The position numbers and the translations under genes were made by a program. From NCBI RefSeq assembly GCF_003248515.1, contig NZ_QFOB01000002.1, positions 417,064-481,063 of the forward strand: a DNA stretch of 64,000 nt, in the 5' to 3' direction. Positions 10,101-18,881 of the stretch are shown piece by piece. The notes under the pieces were generated by a model. It had not been told where the DNA came from and made no database searches. It saw only the letters and a list, made by a program, of their open reading frames with translations. Each line of letters starts with the position of its first letter. Within the stretch, counting starts at the first letter, position 1. The DNA is from Sphingomonas sp. Lineage in GTDB: Bacteria; Pseudomonadota; Alphaproteobacteria; Sphingomonadales; Sphingomonadaceae.

Positions 10101-10578
10101 CGGCGGTGCCGGTGCGCGGAGCCAGCATGGCCGTGGCGGGGACGGGCGCGAGCGTCATGGCGCGCTGCGCAACGGGGCGGCCATCGAGATACAGGTGCGC
10201 GGTCGTTCCGTCGAAGCTCACAGCGATATGGTGCCAGCCGCGCGCCGGAAGCGGCCGAGAGGCGCTCAGAGTGCCTCCTTCGGTCACCAGACCCGGCCGG
10301 CCGCCATCGAGCGACAGATATCGGCGCGGGCCCGCCAGCGGATCGCCAAAGCCGCCGATCAGCACCGGCCCCGCTGCAATCGTCGATGGCTCGATCCACG
10401 CCGAAAGCGTCCATTCGCGTGCGGCGATAGGAGCCGCATCGGCGCCGCCGATCGCGCTTTTGAGCGCTTCGCCGCCTGCGGGCAGCTCCGCATTGATCGG
10501 GCCATAGCTCTGCGCGCGCGCCGTTGCCGTCGTCGCCAGCAGCGCCAGAATGATCGCGCTTGCCCCGTTTCTGCCCAT
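7168..10578 (-). CDS. Secreted GH2 glycosidase (beta-mannosidase/exo-beta-glucosaminidase-like) with N-terminal LamG-like domain
   Basis: Signal peptide; LamG-like WHHIAVSFDG...LYLDG; GH2 motifs ATVPGTVLT, FNGINYAAEIWVNG, GWDWIP and RNHPSIVVWFGRNEG. Confidence 0.85.
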   Translation of the reverse strand: MGRNGASAIILALLATTATARAQSYGPINAELPAGGEALKSAIGGADAAPIAAREWTLSAWIEPSTIAAGPVLIGGFGDPLAGPRRYLSLDGGRPGLVTEGGTLSASRPLPARGWHHIAVSFDGTTAHLYLDGRPVAQRAMTLAPVPATAMLAPRTGTAVFAGRVAAFTLDAGAADARAIKAAASRTPDPALIAFKQGSPRWPGQIQQMYGQITPQDAATRPASKTPFGAPVARPEPAGPAIVATGPGTWDVARWRLAEAPRVSAPGASLSRPGFDARTWYEATVPGTVLTTLVDRGVYPDPAHGLNNLAIPEGLARQDYWYRSEFDAPAEAAGKRQFLTFNGINYAAEIWVNGQRIGTMKGAFIRGRFDVTDKLVPGRNAIAVKVSPPPHPGVAHEESLTAGVGENGGAMMLDGPTFGATEGWDWIPSIRDRNTGLWQGVTLSANGDATLGDPQVVTSLPRADNSIAEIEITAPVTNMSDAPVTATVRASFDDVTVEKQVTLAPGQTNQAVFRPAEFAQLAVRNPKLWWPNGYGDPALHTLTLTASIAGQTSDTRQLRFGMRQVTYDISLMDQKGELERVGVDLTKARALGQQIVDGSHEGIRKVTGGWAASLLPGAENSAAVHRIAGEDGLSPHLVIRVNGVRIAARGGNIGMDDFMKRVDRARLEPFFRLHQDAHLNIIRNWVGQNTEDAFYDLADEYGLMVLNDFWESTQDYNVEAQDPELFLKNAADVVKRYRNHPSIVVWFGRNEGVPQPILNEGLQALIHEQDGTRLYMGSSNRVNLQNSGPYNWRPPVEYFTEHARGFSVESGTPSLPTLEAWKRAIPAPDRWPISDTWAYHDWHQTGNGAVTSYMNALAARFGPGTSLEDFERKAQMMQYESYRAIFEGMNAGLWTVNSGRMLWMTQPAWPSSTWQIFSSDYDTQASFYGVKKASEPLHVQMNLPDYKVILVNNRSGDLSGVRVRAKVVSLDNRLLAEKEVSITAKGEAASPAFTLDLAPILASGVALVRLEAADAAGTLLSTNFYWQAGNDAQFRALNSLAPVTLASSAVSRIEGDETVSTVTLINDSATPAIEAKLTVMNADGTQILPAYFTDNYVSLLPGETRTVEIRYPTAKAATPSVTLRGWNVTGTSKRLN

Positions 10579-10643
10579 CGGTGGTCATCTCCCAAATCCG
10601 CCGATCGCGCCGACGTTGATCCCCTGAAAGCACATCGCCTCAA

Positions 10644-10667
10644 AAAAACCAAATCGAATTATTTATT
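10644..10667. promoter_or_regulatory. Candidate ROK operator in the GH2/zwf divergent region
   Basis: AAAAACCAAATCGAATTATTTATT; the right arm is the exact reverse complement of AATAAATAA. Confidence 0.55.
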
Positions 10668-10775
10668 CGTTGGAGAGCAGGCGACGAGGCGCCATAGGGC
10701 TGGCTGCGGACCCGCGTGAGACGCCACGCCTCCGCATCGATCGCGCGGGAAACGTTGTCGGGAGGGGATTTGCGA

Positions 10776-12236
10776 ATGAGGCGGGACGCCAGTCAGAAAC
10801 TCCTCCTGTTCGGTGCGACGGGGGATTTGTCCTATCGGATGCTGCTGCCGTCGCTGTTCGGATTGGCCAGCGATGGCCTGCTGGCCCCCGGCCTCTCGAT
10901 CATCTGCACCGCGCACACGGATCTTTCGGACGGCGCGTTCCGAGGCAGCGTTGCCGAATCCCTGCGCCGGACCATTCCCACAGATCGCATGGACGGCACT
11001 TCCCTGCAGCGGTTTCTCGATCGCCTCCGCTATGTCCGTGTCGATGTTTCCCGCCCCCGGGATTTCGCCGATCTTGCCGAAGCGGTCGGATCGACCAAGG
11101 GCGGCCTGGCCATCTTCCTTTCGATGGCACCTTCGCTGTTCCAGCCCACGATCCAGGGGCTGGCCGCCGTGGGACTGGGTGGGGACAATGTGCGCATCGG
11201 GCTGGAAAAGCCCCTCGGTTATGATCTCGAATCCAGCCGATCGATCAACGATACGGTGTCGGGTGTCTTTTCGGAGGGGCGCATCTTCCGGGTCGATCAT
11301 TATCTCGGCAAGGAGACGGTGCTGAATCTCCTCGCGCTCCGGTTCGCCAATTCGCTGTTCGAGCCGCTGTGGAATGCGGGCGGGATCGAGCATGTCCAGA
11401 TCACCGTCGCGGAAACGGTGGGTCTGGAAGGGCGGGTCGGCTTCTATGATGCCGCCGGCGCGACCCGCGATATGGTGCAGAACCATATCCTGCAGTTGCT
11501 GACGCTCGTCGCAATGGAGCCACCCCCGCATTTCGACGCGACCGCCGTTCGTGACGAGAAGGTGAAGGTGTTGCGGTCGCTGCGCCGGATCGACCAGACC
11601 AATGTCGGGGCGCTCACCGTGACCGGGCAATATGCGGCGGGAGCCATCGACGGACACGCGGTGCCCGCTTATGCGGACGAACTGGTGGCCCTTTCGGACA
11701 CGGAGACGTTCGTCGCGATCAAGGCGCATGTCGATACGTGGCGATGGAAGGGCGTACCCTTCTATCTCAGGACCGGCAAAAGGCTGCCCAGCCGGAAATC
11801 GGAAATATCCATCCAGTTCAGAGGGGTGCCCCATTCCATATTTGGCGATGTCGGCGCGGCGCTGCGCCCCAATCGACTGATCATCAGCCTGCAGCCGAAC
11901 GAGAATGTCCGGTTGCTGCTGATGACGAAGGATCCGGGGCTCGATCGCGACGGCATACGGTTGCGCGAAGTGCCGCTCGATATCGCCATCCCGAACGCCT
12001 TCGTCGATGGCCGCCGCCGGATCGCCTATGAGCGCCTGCTGCTGGATCTGATCGAAGGCGATCAGACTTTGTTCGTCCGCCGGGACGAGGTGGAGGCCCA
12101 GTGGCGCTGGATCGACGGAATCCGGAATGGCTGGAAGGCGAACGCCATCAGGCCCCGGCTGTATGGCGCGGGAACATGGGGACCTTCGGCGGCCATCGCA
12201 TTGGCAGAGCGGGATGGCGTCACCTGGCATGATTAA
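10776..12236 (+). CDS. zwf: Glucose-6-phosphate 1-dehydrogenase
   Basis: FGATGDL, EKPLG, RVDHYLGKE, RDMVQNH and WKGVPFYLRTGK; ATG 10776 follows GGAGGGG. Confidence 0.95.
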   Translation: MRRDASQKLLLFGATGDLSYRMLLPSLFGLASDGLLAPGLSIICTAHTDLSDGAFRGSVAESLRRTIPTDRMDGTSLQRFLDRLRYVRVDVSRPRDFADLAEAVGSTKGGLAIFLSMAPSLFQPTIQGLAAVGLGGDNVRIGLEKPLGYDLESSRSINDTVSGVFSEGRIFRVDHYLGKETVLNLLALRFANSLFEPLWNAGGIEHVQITVAETVGLEGRVGFYDAAGATRDMVQNHILQLLTLVAMEPPPHFDATAVRDEKVKVLRSLRRIDQTNVGALTVTGQYAAGAIDGHAVPAYADELVALSDTETFVAIKAHVDTWRWKGVPFYLRTGKRLPSRKSEISIQFRGVPHSIFGDVGAALRPNRLIISLQPNENVRLLLMTKDPGLDRDGIRLREVPLDIAIPNAFVDGRRRIAYERLLLDLIEGDQTLFVRRDEVEAQWRWIDGIRNGWKANAIRPRLYGAGTWGPSAAIALAERDGVTWHD

Positions 12237-12322
12237 GAATCCGGGCCAGCGGGTGCGCGGACGGGGGAACGCGCCAGCCGATAGCCGCGGCCGCGCATAA
12301 GCGAGCACAAATGCGGCTATAA

Positions 12323-12346
12323 AATAAATAAATTTGACATATTAAA
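12323..12346. promoter_or_regulatory. Candidate ROK operator overlapping a TTGACA -35 upstream of manA-pgi
   Basis: AATAAATAAATTTGACATATTAAA; the left arm is identical to the 3275 site. Confidence 0.55.
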
Positions 12347-12556
12347 AAGGATCGAGACAAGGCGCGGCTGGCTTTTCGAGGCTGGCGGCGGACGTTTGCG
12401 CAAGGCGCCTCTGATACCGGGAGAGAAGATCGTGGGACTGGTCATCCTCAAGCCCGCTCCGGCACCCTTGCCCGATGCGCCACCGGGTGTGCGATCCGCA
12501 CCGCCGCTGTGCGATCCCATGCCCGCTTCCCTCAGTGCCTGATCGGGGATCAGAAG

Positions 12557-13378
12557 ATGAAACTTGTCGCAAACTATGTCGAAAAGCCCTGGGGGCGCCA
12601 TGATCTGCCGGCTTGGGCGAAGCCGCCCGCGACGATGGATGGCGCGATCGGAGAACTCTGGTTCACGCCACCGGACGGGCGCGCGCTGCCCTTGCTGGTC
12701 AAATATATCTTCACCAGCGAGAGGCTTTCGATCCAGGTCCATCCCGACGACGTTCAGGCGCGCGCCCGGGGACTGGCCGGCGGCAAGACCGAATGCTGGT
12801 ATATCATCGCGGCCGAACCGGGGGCGACGCTCGGGGTCGGGCTGGAGGCAGATCTCGATGCCCGTCAGCTGACGGAAGCCGCGCTGGACGGATCGATCGT
12901 GGAGAAGATGGTGTGGCACCCTGTCGTGCCGGGAGACTTCTTCTTCATTCCGGCGGGCACCATCCATGCGATCGGCGCCGGGGTTACGCTCGTCGAGATC
13001 CAGCAGAATGTGGACGTTACCTATCGGCTCTATGATTATGGTCGTCCGCGCGAACTGCATCTCGATGACGGCACCGCCGTATCACGCGCGGGGCCCTATG
13101 ATCCGGTCCAGGCGGTGCGCGCCGCCGATGGCGGCCCGCTCGATCGGATGATGGCGGATTGCCCGATCTTCCACGTCTTCCGCTCGGCGGACGCCGGCGC
13201 GATACGCGATCGGCTGGGGCATGGCCCGATCTGGATCGTGCCGATCTCGGGAGCTATCGGCGCGAACGCCGAGACCGCGGGCGTCGGCGAGTGCCTTTAT
13301 CTGGAGGGTGACGGAATAGCGGCGCTCACTTTGTCCGAAGATGCGGTGGTGCTGGCGGCGGGGCAGGGCATGTGCTGA
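12557..13378 (+). CDS. manA: Class I mannose-6-phosphate isomerase (cupin)
   Basis: EKPWG, LSIQVHPDD, GKTECWY, IPAGTIHAIG, EIQQNVDVTYRLYDYGRPRELH. Confidence 0.88.
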   Translation: MKLVANYVEKPWGRHDLPAWAKPPATMDGAIGELWFTPPDGRALPLLVKYIFTSERLSIQVHPDDVQARARGLAGGKTECWYIIAAEPGATLGVGLEADLDARQLTEAALDGSIVEKMVWHPVVPGDFFFIPAGTIHAIGAGVTLVEIQQNVDVTYRLYDYGRPRELHLDDGTAVSRAGPYDPVQAVRAADGGPLDRMMADCPIFHVFRSADAGAIRDRLGHGPIWIVPISGAIGANAETAGVGECLYLEGDGIAALTLSEDAVVLAAGQGMC

Positions 13379-13533
13379 TGTCGCGCCTTTCCCTCTTCTT
13401 GTCCTGACGCACGGCGCGGGGATGCGGCGCACGGTGCCGGCCGGATCCTGTCGCGCGCGACTTTCCTTCGTGGCCGGTGCGTGGGCGGCATTCCGGCCTG
13501 GCCTTCACCCAGTTCAACAGACGGCGAGGATTT

Positions 13534-15021
13534 ATGAGCAAGGCAATGGAAGCCATCGACACGGCGAATGTGCCGGATCTGCGAACGGCATTTGATCGCG
13601 ATCCCGATCGCCTCGAACGCTATGTGATCCGGCAGGGGCCGATCCGGTTCGATTGGTCGAAGACTCATCTCACCGACGAATTGGTGCAGAGCTTTCTCGC
13701 GCTGGCCGGGGACATGGATTTCGCCGCGCGCCGCGATGCGCTGTTCGCGGGTGAGCCGGTCAACGTTACAGAAGGGCGCGCGGCGGAGCATCCGGCCGAG
13801 CGTGGGGAGGGCAGGCCGGAAAGTGTCGCCCGGGCTCGCGCGCAGCATATGCGGATGCGCGCGCTGATCGAAGCGATCGATGCCGGCGATCTGGGTGAGA
13901 TACGCCACGTCCTGCACATCGGCATTGGCGGTTCGGCGCTTGGCCCCAAGCTGATCCTGGATGCGCTGGGCGATGGTGTGTCCCGCTATGACGTGGCGGT
14001 TGTTTCCAATGTCGACGGTACGGCGCTGGAGCGCGCGATGAAGGGGGTCGATCCGCGCAAGACGCTGGTCGCGGTCGCCTCCAAGACCTTCACCACCACC
14101 GAGACGATGCTCAATGCCGCCAGCGCCGTCGCGTGGATGGATGAGGCGGGCGTGGATGCGCGATCGCGGGTGATCGCGCTCACGGCCGCGCCGGAAAAGG
14201 CCGTCGAATGGGGCGTGGGCGAGGATCGCATCCTGCCGTTCGCGGAAAGCGTCGGTGGCCGCTATTCCTTATGGTCTTCCATCGGATTTCCGGCGGCCAT
14301 CGCGCTGGGGTGGGACCGGTTCGAGCGGCTTCTGGCCGGCGCGGCCGCGATGGATCGGCACTTCCGCCAGGCGGAGCCCGCTGCGAATGCGCCACTGATC
14401 GCGGCCTTCGCCGATCGCTATTATGCGCGCGCGTTGAAATGCCAGACGCGCGCTCTCTTCGCCTATGATGAGCGGCTGGCGCTGCTGCCCTCCTATCTTC
14501 AGCAGCTGGAGATGGAGAGCAATGGCAAGCGCGTGACGGCCGGGGGGCAGGCCGTTGACGGGCCGACCGCGCCGATCACCTGGGGCGGCGTGGGCACGGA
14601 TGCGCAGCATGCCGTGTTCCAGCTGTTGCATCAGGGCACGGTGCTGATGCCGGTGGAGTTCATCGCATCGCTGGCGCCGGGGCACAGCCTCGATCCCGCG
14701 CATCACCGCGCGTTGCTCACCAATTGCTTCGCCCAGGGTGCGGCCCTGATGCAAGGGCGCGACAATCCATCCGATCCCGCCCGCGCCTTTCCGGGCAACC
14801 GGCCTTCCACCACGATCGTGCTGGATGACGTGACACCGGAAGCGCTGGGCGCGCTGATCGCTTTCTATGAGCATCGCACCTTCGCCAATGCCGTGCTGAT
14901 GGGGGTGAATCCGTTCGATCAGTTCGGTGTCGAACTGGGCAAGGAAATCGCCAGGGCCATCGAGAAGGATGGCGCCAGGGGCTTCGATCCCTCGACCACG
15001 GCGCTGATCGAGCTGATCTGA
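13534..15021 (+). CDS. pgi: Glucose-6-phosphate isomerase
   Basis: IGIGGSALGP, ASKTFTTTET, VGGRYSLWS, QQLEMESNGK and NPFDQFGVELGK. Confidence 0.95.
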   Translation: MSKAMEAIDTANVPDLRTAFDRDPDRLERYVIRQGPIRFDWSKTHLTDELVQSFLALAGDMDFAARRDALFAGEPVNVTEGRAAEHPAERGEGRPESVARARAQHMRMRALIEAIDAGDLGEIRHVLHIGIGGSALGPKLILDALGDGVSRYDVAVVSNVDGTALERAMKGVDPRKTLVAVASKTFTTTETMLNAASAVAWMDEAGVDARSRVIALTAAPEKAVEWGVGEDRILPFAESVGGRYSLWSSIGFPAAIALGWDRFERLLAGAAAMDRHFRQAEPAANAPLIAAFADRYYARALKCQTRALFAYDERLALLPSYLQQLEMESNGKRVTAGGQAVDGPTAPITWGGVGTDAQHAVFQLLHQGTVLMPVEFIASLAPGHSLDPAHHRALLTNCFAQGAALMQGRDNPSDPARAFPGNRPSTTIVLDDVTPEALGALIAFYEHRTFANAVLMGVNPFDQFGVELGKEIARAIEKDGARGFDPSTTALIELI

Positions 15022-15318
15022 CAGGCTGCCGATGCGGACATGGCCGATCGGGCGGGAGGCGCGGCGGCAAGGGGATCCGGCGGGCGATCATGATCGGGCC
15101 GGCCGGATCCCATGTCACTGCCTGGCAAATGCGGGGGGCGTGATGGAGCCCGCGGTTCCGGAGCATTTGCCCGCCTTTTCTCTCGCCCGCCATGATCGCC
15201 CGCGTCGACCGATGGAGCGGGGAAGGCCAGGAAATTATTCTATGAGAGAATATTTGTAAGGGGGTGCCCGGGCTGATAATCCTGTCGGACAAACAGGAAA
15301 GCTGGAGGGGGAGACGGG

Positions 15319-15780
15319 ATGCCAAAGGCGACGGGCGCGATCGTGGGTATCGTGCTGATCCTGCAGGCGTGGGAACCGGTTTCGGCGCGATCGCGGCAGG
15401 AGGCGGCCAATGCCGTGGCCGCTTCAGGCTTCATCGATATGGTGTTCAACCGGCATCGTGTGGAGGAAGCGTTCGATCGCTATGTTGGGGCCGACTATAT
15501 CCAGCACAATCCTCGTGTGGCGACAGGCCGTGCCAACGGCATCCAGGCGCTGGGGCGGCTCGTCGCCCGCTTCCCCCAGATGCGCGTGTCTGTCGCCCGG
15601 ATCTTGGCCGACGGCGATCTGGTGGCGATCCACACGCATCAGGTGAAGCAGCCCGGCGAGCGCGGCTCGGCGATCGCCGAATTCTTTCGCTTCGCCCGTG
15701 GCCGGATCGTCGAGCACTGGGACGTGATCGAGGAGGTTCCGGGTCCCGCTGAGGCGAAGAATGGCAACGGAATGTTCTAG
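15319..15780 (+). CDS. SnoaL-like/NTF2-fold protein with signal peptide
   Basis: YIQHNP, ADGDLVAIH, FFRFARGRIVEHWDVI; hydrophobic N-terminus. Confidence 0.8.
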   Translation: MPKATGAIVGIVLILQAWEPVSARSRQEAANAVAASGFIDMVFNRHRVEEAFDRYVGADYIQHNPRVATGRANGIQALGRLVARFPQMRVSVARILADGDLVAIHTHQVKQPGERGSAIAEFFRFARGRIVEHWDVIEEVPGPAEAKNGNGMF

Positions 15781-15807
15781 CGCGATACGCGTGATGTCCG
15801 GTGGGCC

Positions 15808-16755
15808 ATGGATCTGCTCAGCGAATTCCTGACCAAGTTCCGCATTGATGGCTCGTCGATCGGGAGCTTCCTGTTCAGCGATCCTTGGGGGCTGGAAATG
15901 GCTGGAGGAGCATTCCTCTATGTGGTCACGCAGGGCGATTGCCTGCTGCTCGTTCCGGGGAGCAGCCCGCAAAAGCTGGAGGTGGGCGATTCCGTACTCA
16001 GCCTCGGGGGCGCCAGGGTCGTCCTCGCCTCGCGCCCTGACGCGGAAATCCTTGGCATCAAGGATCTGTGGCGCAGGACGCGAAGCCCCAAGACACCGAA
16101 GGACGGTTATCATCGGCCGATCCGGCTTTGTTGGGGTGGGGGTGGCCGGGATTGCCGCCTGTTCACGCTCGTCGCGGCCGTGCCAGCCGACGCGACCGCG
16201 CAGGCCATCCTGCGCGCATTGCCTGATGTCATCGTGCAGAAGCGCACCGATACCGATCTGCTTTCCTGGATAAGCCGCATCGACGGTTTCGGAATGGCCG
16301 AGAGCATGGAGGAAAGGCCGGGTTTCATCGCGCTCGCCACCGCGCTGAGCCGTTTCATCCTGATGAGCCTCGTTCGTGCCTTCGTGCTGACGAGCAGCCT
16401 TTCCACGCTGGATCTGATCCGCTCGCCCGGGACGGAGGGCATTGCCCGTAGCCTGAAGGCTATCCGCATGCGACCGCTCGATTCCTGGTCCGTGAAGAGG
16501 CTCGCGCGCGAAGCCGGCATGTCCCGGACCTGCTTCTGTGATGCCTTTCGCCGTATCGTCGGCCATACGCCGATGACGTTCGTGCGGAATCAGAGGATGG
16601 AGACGGCGGCCGTACTCCTGGCAGAGGGCGGCCAATCCGTGGCGGAGATCGGTGTGCAGCTGGGCTATGCATCCGAAAAGGCGTTTCGTGGCGCGTTTGT
16701 CCGAAGCCGTGGCGTTTCCCCGAGCGCCTATCGCCGGGCCGTTCGCGCCGGCTGA
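15808..16755 (+). CDS. AraC-family transcriptional regulator with N-terminal cupin
   Basis: MDLLSEFL...PWGL N-terminus; C-terminal WSVKRLAREAGMSR...LGYASEKAFRGAF...GVSPSAYR. Confidence 0.85.
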   Translation: MDLLSEFLTKFRIDGSSIGSFLFSDPWGLEMAGGAFLYVVTQGDCLLLVPGSSPQKLEVGDSVLSLGGARVVLASRPDAEILGIKDLWRRTRSPKTPKDGYHRPIRLCWGGGGRDCRLFTLVAAVPADATAQAILRALPDVIVQKRTDTDLLSWISRIDGFGMAESMEERPGFIALATALSRFILMSLVRAFVLTSSLSTLDLIRSPGTEGIARSLKAIRMRPLDSWSVKRLAREAGMSRTCFCDAFRRIVGHTPMTFVRNQRMETAAVLLAEGGQSVAEIGVQLGYASEKAFRGAFVRSRGVSPSAYRRAVRAG

Positions 16756-16854
16756 TCCTTCCAGGTCAGTGCCGGACGCCGGAGCCGTTTATCCGGACGG
16801 CATGCCATCGCGGGCGGACGAACGAGGGAGCATCCTACCTTGCGGGAGGATGCC

Positions 16855-17916
16855 ATGACCTATCTGAGAAATGCCTGGTATGCCGCGCTGTGGAGCGAAA
16901 TGCTCGGCCAAGGCACGGTCGCGCGCCGCATGCTGGACGAGCCGATCCTTTTCTATCGCGATTCCGGAGGGAGGGCGGTGGCCCTCGCCAATCGCTGCCC
17001 GCATCGCTTCGCCCCGCTGGATAGGGGGATCATCATCGGTGATGAGGTGCAGTGCGGCTATCACGGCCTTCGTTTCGCACCGGACGGCCGCTGTCGTTAC
17101 AGCCCGCAGACGCCCGAGGCCCCTCCGGCGGCGCGCATCCGCAGCTATCCGATCGCGGAGCGGGATACGATCCTGTGGATCTGGATGGGCCATGCAGAGG
17201 ATGCCGATCCTGGCCTGATTCCGGCTTATCCCGTGCTGAACGACGATCGGGAGCATCGCACCGTGCGCGGTTATTATCGCTCGGCGGGTCATTATCAACT
17301 CGTGATCGACAATCTCATGGACCTAACCCACCCGGAGTTCGTCCATGCCGGTTCGCTCGGCAGCCCGGATCTGAATCGTGCTTGCTACGAGGTGGAGCGG
17401 GCGGGCCCGCGCAGCGTCCGATCGAACAGATGGTATACGCACGGCGCTTCTCCGCCCGCCTTCGAGCGCTTCTTTCCGACGGCGGGCCGCCAGGTCGAAC
17501 ATTGGGTCGACATGCTGTGGACCGCGCCGGCCAATCTCGCGCTGACGGTGGGCATCACGCTTTCGGACACGCCACGGAGCGAAGGGCGGGAATCCCTCTC
17601 GCTGCATCTCCTCAGTCCGGAGACGGCTACCCACACCCATTATCTCTTCTCGTCGACGCGTAGCCACTCGCTGGACTCCGTCGAGCAGGACCGGCGCTCG
17701 CTCGAAACGATCCGCCACGCCTTCGAGATGGAGGACAGTCCGATGCTGGCCGCGGTGCAGGCAAATATGGGAACGAGCGATCTCTGGTCGTTGCGACCTT
17801 TGATCCTGCCCGGCGATGCGGGAGCGGTCCGGGCGCGGCGTCTTCTCGACAAGCTGATCCGTGAGGAAGTGGCGCTGGATGCCGGCAAGATTCCCGTCGA
17901 TCAGGGCTCGATATAG
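16855..17916 (+). CDS. Rieske non-heme iron oxygenase alpha subunit (VanA/DdmC-like O- or N-dealkylase)
   Basis: YLRNAWYAA, Rieske CPHR...CGYHG, mononuclear iron motif DNLMDLTHPEFVH and distal ED; RBS GGAGGA. Confidence 0.9.
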   Translation: MTYLRNAWYAALWSEMLGQGTVARRMLDEPILFYRDSGGRAVALANRCPHRFAPLDRGIIIGDEVQCGYHGLRFAPDGRCRYSPQTPEAPPAARIRSYPIAERDTILWIWMGHAEDADPGLIPAYPVLNDDREHRTVRGYYRSAGHYQLVIDNLMDLTHPEFVHAGSLGSPDLNRACYEVERAGPRSVRSNRWYTHGASPPAFERFFPTAGRQVEHWVDMLWTAPANLALTVGITLSDTPRSEGRESLSLHLLSPETATHTHYLFSSTRSHSLDSVEQDRRSLETIRHAFEMEDSPMLAAVQANMGTSDLWSLRPLILPGDAGAVRARRLLDKLIREEVALDAGKIPVDQGSI

Positions 17917-18872
17917 GGGAGGAAGGCCGGGCGAGAGTCCCCCGGCCATCGATCGGGCAGGCGCCGGACGAGATCGGACACCAGCCGGGCGATCGTCCGG
18001 ATCGCGAGCGTCGGGGGGCGCTGGGTCGACCGCGCCAGCGCCAGGATGATTTCGAGGGCGGGCTCGACGATCTCTACCGCGCCGACGTTGCCCAGGGCCG
18101 CCGCCTCGCGCACCGCACCCCGAGTGGCGATCGTGCAGCCGAGGCCGGCGGCGACGAGCGTGCGTTGGGTCGCGAGCTGATCCACGTCCATCCCGAAATT
18201 GAGCTGCACACCCGCTTTTCGGGCCGCCTGATCCACCAGCATGCGAGGGGCATTGGGTGGTTTCGCCATCAGCAGGCGCCGTGATCCGATCGTCTCCAGT
18301 GTCACGCCTGCCGCGCTTGCCAGGGGATCGTCCGGGGGTGTGACGAAGCACATGGGCAGGCGCAAAAGTGCCTCGTCCTTGCTCTGGAGCATGCCGGGTT
18401 CGCGCAGCACCAAGGCCAGATCGATCCGCCCGGCCGCTACCTGTTCGCCAAGCTGGCCTCCGCTCGCCTCGGTCAGGTGCAGATCGATACCTGGATGATC
18501 CCGTGCCACCATCCGCGTGAGATCGGCTGCGATCGGGACGGACGGAAGCAGGCCGAGGCTGACATTCCCGACCGGCAGCCCGCCGCGCGATTTCAGATCC
18601 ACGAGAAGCTGGTCCGCTTCCGTCACGAGCGCGCGGACGCGATCACGGATCGCCTCCCCCGTCTCCGTCAGCTTCAGGCCCCGACCGGTGCGATAGAAAA
18701 GCGTGCACTGGCAGGCGATTTCCAGCGCGGCGATCTGTCTGCTGATCACGGGTTGTGGGCGGCTCAGCATTACCGCCGCACGCGACAGGCTGCCGACTTC
18801 GGCGATCAGCAGAAAGAGCTTCCATCGCTCAATATCCAGGGCAGCCCCGGTCCGGCGCGGATTGCTCGCCAT
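17901..18872 (-). CDS. LysR-family transcriptional regulator (paralogue of 38060-39031)
   Basis: HTH GSLSRAAVMLSRPQPVISRQIAALE...LFYRTGRGLKLT. Confidence 0.9.
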   Translation of the reverse strand: MASNPRRTGAALDIERWKLFLLIAEVGSLSRAAVMLSRPQPVISRQIAALEIACQCTLFYRTGRGLKLTETGEAIRDRVRALVTEADQLLVDLKSRGGLPVGNVSLGLLPSVPIAADLTRMVARDHPGIDLHLTEASGGQLGEQVAAGRIDLALVLREPGMLQSKDEALLRLPMCFVTPPDDPLASAAGVTLETIGSRRLLMAKPPNAPRMLVDQAARKAGVQLNFGMDVDQLATQRTLVAAGLGCTIATRGAVREAAALGNVGAVEIVEPALEIILALARSTQRPPTLAIRTIARLVSDLVRRLPDRWPGDSRPAFLPYIEP

Positions 18873-18881
18873 CGCGCCTGC

